64,000 nucleotides of DNA from the human T2T-CHM13v2.0 reference genome, Homo sapiens. The notes under the pieces were generated by a model. It had not been told where the DNA came from, did no database searches, and saw only the letters and a list, made by a program, of their open reading frames with translations. Below, piece after piece: positions 38,556-50,090 of the stretch (positions are counted from its first letter, which is position 1; each line of letters starts with the position of its first letter). The stretch lies in NCBI RefSeq assembly GCF_009914755.1, contig NC_060938.1. One strand, given 5' to 3'. Both the position numbers and the translations under genes were made by a program.

Positions 38556-40292
38556 TGACTTTAAAGTGAGATGAAGCTTCCTCAAAGTCACTATTGGTTT
38601 TCCTGGAGTGCTTGTCCATCTGGTATGGATACAGTAGCTATATGACAATTTCCTGGGTTAGTCCTATCAAATATTATTTCCCTATTGACCTCATAAGTAT
38701 ACACGAGGAAATTTATACCAATTTGAGAGTAGGTTTTGTTCTTTGGGTTAAAAAGCAGGGCCACCATGGACATAAATGGTAGATTTCCCATGGAGGATGA
38801 GAAAATAAAAATTGTTTGCCAACGGTCACAGGCTACAGTGATCACTGTGTTGAATCAATGTGATCGTTATTAGTCCTGAGGCTTTCTGAGTATCTTGAAA
38901 ATGTCTGCTTCCTGCAGTTTAGCTCTTCATGTTAGAACATAGGTGGGAATTTTTATTTTCTTCAGCCACAGAGAAAGTAAGGAAAATTTAAATGAGTGAA
39001 TGTTCCCCAGCCTCCCTTCTCACCTATGCCTAAGGCTATGAAAGCATGTTTACAAGAAGTATGCTTCAAGAAAACAGGATTCTTGACATGAACAGGGCCT
39101 AAAAATGTTATTATCTTATACAAGATAGGTCGATAACAGGGCACTTTGAGAGAGTACTCTACATCTGTTCAGGAGCATTTTTTAGTGACTGTGGGATTTA
39201 TGGTGACAGGTAAAAGAAAGTCTATTAAAGTAAACCAGTTAGCCTAAGAAGAGAACAGAGATAATTGAAAGAGGAGCATTGTTGTGGAAGGAAAGATAAA
39301 CTCTCTAGAAAATTTTTATTGTTCCGTTGCTTTCAATACATAAAAAACACACAAAAGATTCAAATATAGCATTAAAAAATGCACAGAAACAAATCTTGAG
39401 CATGCAAAAGTCACCAGCAAGTGTATGAACGTGATGTGTTGCCTGAAAAATATTCTTTGATTGCACAGCTAAACACGTGATTATTTCAGGCTGCCCCAAA
39501 CTTAAGATGCCTGACTTAATAACAAATTAATTTTCTTATATAAGTGCCCCACCTACACCATAGAATTCCCTTTGCTGCCATCAGGAGAACCAATTGGAGC
39601 TATTTTGAGATCTTACAGCCTACAAGAGCAGAAAGCTCTAAAAGTTTGAAAAAACAAGAGCAGTTTAGTTAAGGAAGTTGGTTTGGGTGTGTAATTTTAA
39701 ATTATGTCTATTATCCCCACCCCAGGAAAACATGGAATGCTAGGCCCAATCTTAGGGAAGTGGTGCAGCCCAGTTCTAAGGCAAGGATATGAGAAGTTGT
39801 ATTTAATGGAGGAAATGGAACCAAAACCCAGGTATGTCACTCAGTTGCAGTATGAAAGCAAAATAGCTAGGTAAAGAGGTAGGAAGAATCTGGACACAGC
39901 ACCATTGTAGGGCTGAAAAAATGGAGACTAGTAATGAGTAGAGGTGTGAAGTGGCAGGTGGAATTTGGTAGAGATGTGTTTGAGGAGAGACAAAGGTTGG
40001 GAAATTTGCTACTAGCCCTTCTGTTAAAGTATCTGTAGCCGTAGTTGAGAGAGCTCCAGAGCTATTAGTATTGTATCAGGCAGGGTCCAGGCAGGAGTCA
40101 AAATCCACAAACACTTATTTTAACAGGAAAAAAAAAAATAATTAACTGGACATTGAAGAACTAAAAAGGCAAAAATAGAACATAATTTATCAAAAAGCTG
40201 GCAAGTGATGAAACTAGATACTGCTCCTGCATCTTTGGGAACAAAAGGAGATAGGCTAGAAGGACTGAAAATTTCAGACCTCTCAGGAGGGG

Positions 40293-41246
40293 ATTCTTAG
40301 TCTGCTTGAGCTGCCGAAACAAAATATCACAGACTGGGGGCTTAAACAGCAGAAACTTATTTCCTCAAAGTTCTGGATGCTGGAAGTCCAAGGTCAGAGT
40401 GCCAGACAGTTTGGTTTCCGGTAACAGCCCTCTTCCAGTCATGCACATGGCCAGTTTCTCACTGCGTGCTCACGTGGTGACCTTTCCTTGGTGCGTGTGC
40501 ACAGAGAGTGACCTCTGTCTTCCTCTTCTTATAATACTGTTAGGGAAGCATGACCTAGCAGAGCCAGAGTGACACCATTTTAAAATCAACTCCATCTTAA
40601 AACTAGCAAGACACATTCATTGCCAGTTCCATCTCATGGCCCTAAGATGTTTGCAGCTAAGCAAGCAGCTTGATAAGGCCTGCTAGGACAAAATCCTACA
40701 GCAACAGAAAGTCCAGATGTCCCAGTTACCCATAACAATATATGCTTTCAAGATAATTATAGTTGTGTTTTGATGACTTACACACTAAAATGTCAAGGAT
40801 AGATTTCTTTAAAGCAATAATATAATAAATTTTGTCATGCTGTCAGCACCCCCGCATGTAGGCAGAGCTTAGTCTTTACATAGATCAGACCCCAACATAA
40901 GAAAAACTTGAAGACAATGCATTCTCCACTTGCTTTCTGAGGATGCCCTACTCTGTAATATAAGTAAATTGTATGTTTTGCTCTCAATAAGCTCTCTCTC
41001 CTCACTGTACTCTGCAACTCACTTTGAATTCCTTCCTGCATGAGATCCAAGAACCCTCTCTTGGGGTCTAGATCAAGACCCTTTTTTTTCTGATAACAAA
41101 GCCACCGATCTTATTGAATTAAGGAACTACCCTTATGATTTCATTTAACCTTAATTACCTCCTAAAAGCTCTATCTCTAAATATAGTCACATTAGGTTAG
41201 GGCTTCAGCATATGAATTTTGGGAGAACACAATTGTGTCCACCGCA
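40293..41246 (-). mobile_element. MLT1A-like MaLR LTR, split by MER41
   Basis: cttagtctgcttgagctgcc...ggcttaaacagcagaaacttattt...cttctt|...ccttaattacctcctaaaag...atatgaattttggg. Confidence 0.85.
40538..41098 (+). mobile_element. MER41-family (C/D/E-like) ERV1 solo LTR
   Basis: tgttagggaagc...gagccagagtgacaccattttaaaatcaactccatctt...gagatccaagaaccctctcttggggtct...taaca. Confidence 0.85.
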
Positions 41247-41556
41247 GGGGTGCTGGCTGGCCTGGTGCTGATGTAACTGAATCAAGGAAAGATGAGGCTG
41301 GTCTGTGGGTGCTGAACAAGCTGCAAACTGAGATCAACTGTCTCTCCTGGAAAGAAGTGCTGCTGCCAGGGTGAAGAAGCAAAGCTTGGTGATGTGGATA
41401 AGGCAGCATCCTTCCTTCTCAGGTCTTCTAGTCTCCCTCCAGAACTCCCAGCAAAGCAGAAATGTGGTGGGCAGCATCCCACCTCCAACATCACAAAGCA
41501 GAGTATGAAAGGGAGAAAGTGAAAGAGGTAAGGGCTAACTTACTAGTTCCATCATG

Positions 41557-42015
41557 CTGTGGCAAAGGCTGCTGGTTGCTTAAATTAACATCTGTTCTTC
41601 TCTTCATTCTTAATAATAGAATCCTAAAACTCAGCCAAAGAATATTTCTCAACCTTCCTTGCAGCTAGATATGGTCATGTGACCACATTTTGGCCAATAA
41701 ATGCAAATGAAATTATTATGTGGGATTTCCAGGAAGTTTTTAGAGAGTTTCTTTGACCCTTCTTCCATCATGCTGCCCAGAACATGGATGTGATGTGATG
41801 GCTGGTGCTCTATCAACCATATTGGGCTGTGAGAACAAGAAACACTGAAGGATGGCAAGGAGCTATGGACCTTGACAATTTTGTCAAGTAACCATGCTAG
41901 TCTTAAATTGCTAACTTTCAGGTTTCTTTTATGTGTGTGGGGAAGATTAAGTTCTACTTTGTTTAAGCCTTTTAGGGTTTTTCTAGTATATGCACTCCAA
42001 ACATTCTAACAGACA
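41557..42015 (+). mobile_element. MLT1J/K-like MaLR LTR
   Basis: ccttccttgcagctagatatggtcatgtgacc...tggccaata...gatgtgatggctggtgctc...gtttaagcc. Confidence 0.7.
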
Positions 42016-42199
42016 GGATACTGAGCTAGCTTGCATAGGTGGGTCCACCTTGCTTAAATGGTGGTTATCCCATTTCAAAGTATTTTCCCTCCTGCCACTT
42101 TCAATTTTAGTTGACTTTGTGTTTAAAGAAATTACTGAAAAATCCTTTTATTTGCATATTTAATTGGACTAAAATTTTTTCTTTTTTCTTTGTAAATTA

Positions 42200-42282
42200 T
42201 TTTCCCTTCCTTCCTTCCTTTCTTCCTTCCTTCCTTCCTTCCTTCCTTCCTTCCTTCCTTCCTTCCTTCCTTCCTTCCTTTC

Positions 42283-42350
<68 letters not shown>

Positions 42351-42366
42351 TTTCTTTCTTTCTTTC
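42200..42366. repeat. Compound (CTTC)n(CT)n(TTTC)n tract, probably derived from the Alu tail
   Basis: 167 bp without a purine on the + strand, abutting the 3' end of the minus-strand AluJ. Confidence 0.96.
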
Positions 42367-42652
42367 ACAGGGTCTCCCTCTATCATCCAGGCTGGAGTGC
42401 AGTGGCACAATCTCAGCTCACTTCAGCCTCAACCTCCTGGGCCCGAATGATCCTCCCACCTCAGCCTCCCAAGCACCTGAAACTGCAGGGGCACACCACT
42501 GCACCCAGTTAATTTTTTTTGTGTGTGTTTTTTGCAGAGATGAGGCTTCTCCATATTTCCCAGACTAGTCTCAAACTCCTAGGCTCAAGTGATCTGCCCT
42601 CCTGGTTCTCCCAAATTGCTAGGATTATAGACATGAGCCACTGTGCCTGGCC
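42367..42652 (-). mobile_element. AluJ
   Basis: cagggtctccctctatcatccaggctggagtgcagtggc...cagcctcaacctcctggg...gagccactgtgcctggcc. Confidence 0.92.
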
Positions 42653-42804
42653 TAAAAATCTTTCTCTTAAAAGTGCAAATCCTTCTATGAGGATTAAGGG
42701 AACATGAATTATTCACAGTTTAATTTGTTTCATCAGATAGTTTTTTTTAATCCCTAGCCAAGATCAGTTGCACTGAAGAATGGGTGCCTTATGAAAATTG
42801 TTAC

Positions 42805-42955
42805 TAATCCTTACAACAATCCTACAAGAAAAGATAGTTATCCCCATTTTACACATAAAGAAACTGAGGCTCAGAAAAGCTAAGTAAAGAACTTAGGACT
42901 CACTGTTAATAGGTGGTGGTGCTGGGGATTTGGAACACTCTTTTTTCACTGTACT
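42805..42955 (-). mobile_element. MIR
   Basis: ttatccccattttacacataaagaaactgaggctcagaaaagctaagt. Confidence 0.8.
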
Positions 42956-43732
42956 ACTGTGGCACCTACTGGACTCATACTATTGACATTATAATTATAA
43001 CTTAATTGTGGATGTAATTAAATTATATTTTAATTTATGTAAACATTTATGTATATTTCTATGTAATCTATATTACGTAGACTCAGCGAGCTCATCTGAG
43101 AAACTAACAACTATTACGAATACTATTTATATGGAGGAATACATTTTAAACCACCAATTGGAGACTGCCTATATTATTAGTGACAAAATGTGACCAAAAT
43201 ATTTTCAATAGAATTAAAAGTCTGGTTAGTTGCTTAATAAGCAAAGCAGAATGCACAACTAGAATGATGACATCTAGATGAAGTACGGATCTTTTTATTG
43301 AAAGTGTAACCACTTTTAAATGTATCACCATAGCTCAGATATAACTGAATTTCCTCCAGCTCAGGGCTATTCTCCCACATGGTCAGTGCGTGCAGGACGC
43401 CTGCTGAGGCTCATAGTCACTGCTGTTCCGTGGGAACTGATCAGAGGCCTCCACCTGGCTGGGGCTTTGGAGCTCTCCACTCCAAGATCTGGTTTAGGGA
43501 CCCTTGCCTCTGGCCTTGGTGACTCCTCGGCAGACCTGTAGGCACTCAACCATAAGCCACTTTCTACATCCCCTACTGGGACATGAGGATAGTTCTGCAC
43601 CTCATCTGTGCTGTGTGCTGGTTTGGCAGAACCCAGAGGGGCCTGCGGCTGTCTCAGGCGCTGTCTCCCTAAATACAAAGGTGGCCACGTCCACTCCACT
43701 GTAGCTCTTCCGACCTGGTGTGAGAAACATTG

Positions 43733-43921
43733 TGAGTCAGTCCCTTTCAGCATTCCAGATGCAAATGGGGGCAAAGCTATTTAGCTGAGGGACTTTCCAG
43801 CCTGACTGGGGGTTTTTATCTGCCCTTCTCCAGCAGGGCTTTCAACCCTGGGAGGGGCGCGGAAGCAGCCAGACAGGGCTGAAAACTTTCACAGGAGCAA
43901 CTAAATGTTCCTGATTTATCT
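43733..43921. promoter_or_regulatory. Candidate enhancer: AP-1, TEAD, octamer, NF-kB, GATA x2, GC-box-like and ETS motifs
   Basis: TGAGTCA 43733-39; CATTCCA 43751-57; ATGCAAAT 43759-66; GGGACTTTCC 43789-98; TTATCT 43816-21 and 43916-21; GGAGGGGCG 43851-59; CGGAAG 43860-65. Confidence 0.55.
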
Positions 43922-44367
43922 CCCCTCACACTCCAGCCTCCTCCCTGCCCTGGAAGGCATTCTATCTCCCTTCTGTGGGGAAGGAGCTGCCGTGAATCCT
44001 GGGCCTGCATGTTTCCTGTATGTTGGCTGTGTGTACACTCCATGTTCTGCCCTGGGCTCTGGCCCAGTCTTCCACTAAGCTCTTTTAGAAATCAAAATAA
44101 AGCCACCTCTCTTTCATGCTTTTAGCTGTCACAAAACAAAAATGCTTTGGTTTTAGGTTATTATGCCTGCCATGACTTAATAAAAAATCATTCAGCAAGT
44201 CAGTGGAAGTCTTTGGTTGTGCCCTCCCCATGAAGCTGTGGATGCCCTTGATCCCCAGGTGGAGAACTACAGGGTAACTGGGTTAACAATCAGAAAGAAA
44301 GACTTTTGTTTAAAACCTCCGTGTATTATTCCATTACATAAGTAACAGAAGACAGCTTTTAAACTAG

Positions 44368-44758
44368 TGTATTTGTCTGCTTGGGCTACCTTAACAAAAT
44401 ACCACAGATTGGGCGGCTTAAACAATAGCAATTTATTTTCTGACAGTTCTGGAGGCTGGAAATCCAAGATCGGGGTGCCAGCAAGTTTGGTTTCTGATGA
44501 GGCCTCCCCTCCTGCTTGTAGACGGCACCTCTCCCTGGTGAATGCATAAGGAGCCACAGAGAGAGTGAGAGAGCTTTGATCCCTCTTTCTCTTCTTATAA
44601 GGACACCAATCCTATCAGATTAGTTCCCTCCCCTACTTTGACCTTATTTAACTTAATTACCTCCTAAAAGCCTTATTTCCAATACAGTCACATTGGGGGA
44701 TAGTGCTTTTAACATATGAATTTGGGGGAGTGGAGTGGACACAATACAGTCCCTAGCA
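44368..44758 (-). mobile_element. MLT1A/B-like MaLR solo LTR
   Basis: tgtatttgtctgcttgggct...aacaaaataccacaga...cagttctggaggctgg...catatgaatttggggg...ccctagca. Confidence 0.88.
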
Positions 44759-44809
44759 GTGAAGTTAAGCAGAATAGGAAAGAATTTATTAGCAGAAACT
44801 GCTTCCAGT

Positions 44810-46570
44810 TCTCCTTAAACTTTTCTGGTCTCTCTTCTCAACACTTTTCTCATTCTTCCTGTCCCCTAATAATCACTGGGAGGCCCCAGGGATTGGTCAC
44901 TGGCTTCTCTTTTCTCACTATGCTCCCTGGAGTATTTCTCCTGGACTCAGGATGTCAATTCCATCTATACACAAATGATTCCCAAATGTATGTCTTCAGT
45001 TCAGTGCTCTGTCCGCAATTCCGCACTCAGATAGACAGCTATTTACTTAATGTTATCCTTTTGGCTATCTGAAAACACTCTCAAAGTTGGCATTTCCAAA
45101 ACCAAAGTCCCAATTTCCCCAAGTCCTCCTCTCTCCCCCCGTGTCTCTGTCTCTTCAGTTATCTAAAACCAAAGCCTTGTTGCCATCCATGCCTCTCTCA
45201 TTTACTCACACCCCATACTCACACTTTTAGCAAACCCCATGGTCTCTACTGCAGAAATGCATCCAGAATCTGTTTGCTCAGTGTTACCACACAGGAGCAA
45301 GTCACCTTCATCTCCACCTGACTATTGCAGCAGCCTCCCAGTGGGTCTCCTCCTTGTCCATCTAGAGTTGATCCATATGATAGTCACAATGAGCACCCTA
45401 AAATGTGATTCCATTCACATAAGAACTCTGATCAAACCTCTTCAGTTGCTTCCTGTTGAAGCGACGTCATTGTCTGGGGTAATATCTGAGGTTCGTCGTC
45501 TCATGGCCATGGAAAACTAGGACGCAGACACACCAGAGTGAGGTTAAGAGTGGAAGTTTAATAAGTGAAAGAAAGAAGAGCTCTCTGTGCAGAAAGGGGT
45601 CCTGGAGAAAAAATGGGTTGCCAGTTCCATGGTGAAATGCATGGGATTTTATAGGCTAGCTTGAGGAGGTGTCTGATTTACATAGGGCACAAAAGATTGG
45701 TTGGACCAGGTGTGCCATTTGCATAGGGTGCGAAGAAGCTTGCGGTCCCACCTTAATCTTTTATTATGCAGATGGGTTCTCTACCTGGCCAGCCATGTTG
45801 CCTGCTTCTTTTACTATACACGTGGTGACAAAGAAAAGGGTAGATGGAGCCTCCATGTTGAACATACCTGGCTTCCAGGTAGCCCTTTTCTATTGGCACA
45901 GCTGCCAGCATTCTCCCGTGCAAGCTTCCAGCTTGCTTATTTATGTCTGCAGCTCGATTTTTCAGGCTGCTCTTTGTTAGAAAATAAATGATATTTGGGG
46001 TTGCTGTCTATTAAAAGGGAAGTTCTGCCGAGGACTCTCTTACCCTCACTATCTGCCTAAATAATTTCTTTTTAGCTCCTGTATCACTGTCTTGCTCAGA
46101 GTAAAATCCAAAGTACTTATCATTACTCTCAAGCTTCCTGTGGCAGGTCCTTGGTCACTGCTCTGATCTCTTTCCTGGCTGCTCTCTGCCTCACTTCTCT
46201 ACCTCAGACATAATACTTCCTTTTTCTCAATCATGCCAAGCTCACTTCTCACTCAGGGCCTCTGCACTTTCTATGCCTTCTATCTGGAATGCTTTATCTT
46301 CAGATATTCGCATGGCTCACTCACTTACTACCCTCAGGTCTCCCCTGATACCACACTCCCTATTCTCCAAACCCTATTTTATTATCTTCCTTCTGTTAGA
46401 CTATATATTTACTCTTTTATTTGTTTGTTGCCTGTCTCCCCACCTCCCCCACAACTCTTACTAGAATTTCAGTTTTATGAGAATGGGGGCTTTGTTTTAT
46501 GGTAATTTCACAGTAATCCCATATTCTTAGCATAGGAACTTAACAAACAGTTTTTGCGATTAAATGAAAG
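44810..46570 (+). mobile_element. L2, split by a MER50 LTR
   Basis: ccatctatacacaaatgattcccaaatgtat...cctgactattgcagcagcctcc, resuming at ctcagagtaaaatccaaagt...tcagggcctctgcactt. Confidence 0.75.
45457..46086 (-). mobile_element. MER50-like ERV1 solo LTR
   Basis: Reverse-complement homolog of 37851-38453; perfect TSD ctgt at 45453-45456 and 46087-46090. Confidence 0.87.
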
Positions 46571-46590
46571 AAGAAGCAAACAAATTAAGA

Positions 46591-47200
46591 TATATTAGTT
46601 AGATATGGCTTTATGATAGATCACCCAAAACTCTGACTTAAAGCAATGAATATATGATTGCTTATGCATATATGAGTCAGATGGATGGGTCTACTGATCT
46701 GGGCCAGGCTTAACTGGTCTTGGCTGGATTTGCTCACAAATTTTTGATCAACTGGTAGGTCAAATTGGGGCTAGTAGGTCTAGGAAAGCCTCAATGCCTC
46801 ATTCACATGATTGGCTCTTGGCTAGGACTGAAAGATTGACTTACATCTCTAATCATCCAACCAGCCAGCCTGAGCCTGAGCTTACTATCATTAGATATGG
46901 GATATGGGGGTGGGAGGGGGGTGGGAGGGGGTGTGGGTGAGTTTGGGGGTGGGAGAGAGAGAGAGAGAGAGGTGAGGAGGGAGGTATTGAAGAAGTATGG
47001 AAGGCTGCGGAAGGCTTCCTAAGGCCTAGGCTTAGAGCTTGTATGTCATTTCCACCGTATTTACTGTTAAATGTAAGTCAGGAGACCATCTCAGATTCAA
47101 GGGGTGGGTAAATATATTCCACCACTTGATGGGAGGAGCTACAGATCATACTGGGAAGAGTGTAGATACAGAGAGGGGTGAGAATTGCTGCTGTCTACAC
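46591..47200 (-). mobile_element. MLT1H-like MaLR LTR with internal G-rich tract
   Basis: tatattagtt...cacccaaaactc...ctgatctgggccaggct...cagattcaaggggtggg...ccaccacttgatgggaggagct. Confidence 0.7.
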
Positions 47201-47934
47201 ACATGATTCTGCCACATGAAATATCTTATGGAATCTAAGACGGAGTTCAACAATTAGGGCTAGGAGGATGTAAAATTCAGCTGTGGAATTTATGAACTTT
47301 CTAGATTTCTGATATTAAAGTAACTCTGCTTCCAGTTCCCAGACCCTGGATCTTGCAGTTCAAATTCTAGATTCCCGAGAGAAATAATTAGTCTAGCTTG
47401 GGTCAGGAGTTCCTCTTGGCCCTTCCTTGTTCCAATTCACACTGGCTAGAAGGAAGGATTCAATTTAGGTCCTGTGGATCAAGTAGCCATTATTAAAGAC
47501 GTGGGAATTATTAAGGAAATTAGAAGATAATTCCCAAAAGAATCTATCATAACATCTAAATATGTTTTTAAAATAATAAAAATTTAAATTTATTGCACTT
47601 AAAATATTCAGATCCCATGAAATAAGTGGAAGAGATTTCTCTGAAGAGAGCCTTGCAAGGGGGCTGTGGTGAATTTAACATGACTCTGCCAGAGACACTA
47701 AAATGTTTAAATAAATTGAATTGCCGGTTAACTAAAGAGGGCTCAAGGCTAATATGGCATCAAGCTTATAGTATTATCCTTATTTCTCTTGCCTTCATTT
47801 GGATCTATGTGACATCTTTCTCGTGTTTGTTCAGTAGTCTTTGTTGAATTTTCCTTCAGCATTCAACTTAACTCTGGCGTTCTCTACACTTACGAGACAA
47901 AGCAATGAAGAAAACAACACTGGATGGTTTTAGG

Positions 47935-48432
47935 TGTCTTCGTTTTATATTGCTGCTATAATAAACTACCAGAGATTTTGTGTCTTAAAACAGTATGCAT
48001 TTATTTTCTTAAGGTTATGGAGGTCAGAAGTCCAAAGTGACTTTCTCATGGGCTAAAATCACGATGTTGGCATGATTGCATTTCTTCTCAAAGCTCCAGG
48101 GGGAATATGCATTTCCCTGCTTTTTTTCCAACTTCTAGAAACCATCTGCACTCCTTGGCTCATGGCCTCTTCCTCACATCACTTCAACCTCTGCTTCTGT
48201 CATTATCACATTTCCTTCTCTGAGTCTGACTGGTTTACCTCACCCTTTCACTTATAAAGACACTTGTGATTTCATCAGGCACACCCTGATAATCCAGGAT
48301 AATCTCCCATGGTCAGGTCTTTAACTTAATCACATCTGCAAAGTCTTTTTCGTTAAGGAAAGTAACATATTCAGAAGACCTGGGATTAAGACCTGGGACG
48401 TCTTTGGGGGAGGCATTATTCTGCCCAACATG
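47935..48432 (-). mobile_element. MLT1D-like MaLR solo LTR
   Basis: ttgctgctataataaactacc...ggaggtcagaagtccaaa...gataatccaggataatctccc...taacttaatcacatctgcaaagtc. Confidence 0.85.
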
Positions 48433-49639
48433 CTAGGTAAATATAAACACCAAAGCAGTCCATCCCTGGCCACAAAGCTTCTACATTTTCCTCAGTATAG
48501 GAGGTTCTTACTAATAAATGTTTATAGAGCACTGGAGTATTCAACAAGTAGGGTTGTGCCCATAATTATTTGACTGATCCATCTCCTCAGCCTCCCAGAT
48601 ATAGGAATAAACTAAAATTAGCTAATTTTATATCATTATATTGTTGCAGAAATAGGGAGGTTTCCAGGGATGCATTCATCATCCAGCAATTGTTAAGCCA
48701 CTCTGAATCACTGTGTGGTTCGTAAATTATTCTACAGCACTGGCAGACAGAATTGCCACTGTTGTCAAGTCTTAAGATGCTCTTTCATTTTTGGCGGGAT
48801 GGCTTTGCCCTGGCTTTCTTCATTCATCACTAGAAATCATAATTCTTCATAAAGCCTTTAACCCTGCATCTGAATCTTCCCAAGAGAAAATCTCTACACA
48901 AGCTCCTCACCAGCACCTCTGGGCCTCTGGTTCTGGGTCATTATGGCACTCTGTAGGCCCTCAGCAATCTTGCAGACAATCTGTCTGGTTTGAGAATATT
49001 CATTGCAACTTAATTCACGTTGAACTGGCTTCCAGGGACTAATGTAGTGCTTAGAGGAATATTGCTAGACTAGTTGACTTTTTACAGAATACTTGCCTTA
49101 TATACAGTCATGCCTTGCAAAGTATCTGAAGAAGTCATTCAGTCCTCCCCTGAGGACATTGTCCTGCCTTATAAAATCTACCCTGTCCTTTAAAGGCCAC
49201 CTAAAATCTCATTCTGGGAAGTATTTCTGTAAAATTTCCATTCTCCTCATTGGAAGCATTTGATGAAGTTCAAGTACCAAAGGACGGTGCTTTTCAATCA
49301 CATTTCAGGGTTGTAGAGCCAAAGGGCAGATGTTGACAGGTGGGCCCTAGGGAAAATGTGGCCGTCACTGCCAGGACAGCAAGTCCAAAGGAAGCTAGCT
49401 CATTCATCAAGGGGACTCAGGCAACGCTGGGAAGGTAAGATGGCCAAAAACCAGGGGATTCAGGATACAGAAAAGTAGGAGTGAGGAGAAGCTGGAGGGA
49501 ATGGACAGTAGGAGATGATGAATGAACTCTGGAGACAAAGTACAAATATCTGTAGCATATTGTAATTTTCACTCCTAATCAGTCTGTGAGGTTAAGCTAG
49601 ATTCATTTAAAATGGCTCAAATGTGCACTGCAGCATTGC

Positions 49640-50090
49640 TTAGGGTAGCAAAACCAAACAAAAAAATGTAAAGGGACTGATTAGATTATAATATATGTGA
49701 TAGACTATTTGCTCTTAGTAAACTAATAAGGGAGATCTGTATGCTCTGTGATGGAAAGACTGCCATGGTATACCATTAAGTGAAAAAAAAAGCAAGAGCA
49801 GAATATATACAGGCAGATAAATTCATGTATTTTTCCTGAAACGATGCACAAGAAAATGCTGACAGTGGTTACTTCAGGGAGTGATACTGGGGGAGATGAA
49901 GGAGGCTTTTTTTTTCCTGATTTTATACCTCTCCGTACTGTTTGAACTTTCTAATCATGAACCTTTATTTCTCTTGTTTTTGTTTTTAAATGTCAGCAGT
50001 GGTAATCTGGGTGCTGGGATTGTGGATCTTTTTTGTTTTCTTTGTACTTATTTGTGATTTTTAACCCAATAAATATTATTTTAAAAAAGA
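49640..50090 (+). mobile_element. L1ME 3'-end fragment
   Basis: gatggaaagactgccatggtataccattaagtgaaaaaaaaagcaag...acagtggttac...tactgtttgaac. Confidence 0.6.

Larger units (their letters stand above)
40072..41545 (-). mobile_element. Old ERVL-type LTR (LTR33/LTR79-like) interrupted at 40293-41246
   Basis: tgtatcaggcagggtccaggcaggag...cagacctctcaggagggg, resuming at tgctggctggcctggtgctg...gcaaagcagaaatgtgg...catcacaaagcagagtat. Confidence 0.6.

Noticed and set aside
42111-42512. Lys/Glu/Arg- and Phe/Leu/Ser-rich ORFs
   Set aside because: Translations of the CTTC/TTTC tract plus Alu.
37851-46086. Two MER50 LTRs as the ends of one provirus
   Set aside because: Opposite orientation, separate TSDs and no gag/pol/env sequence between them.
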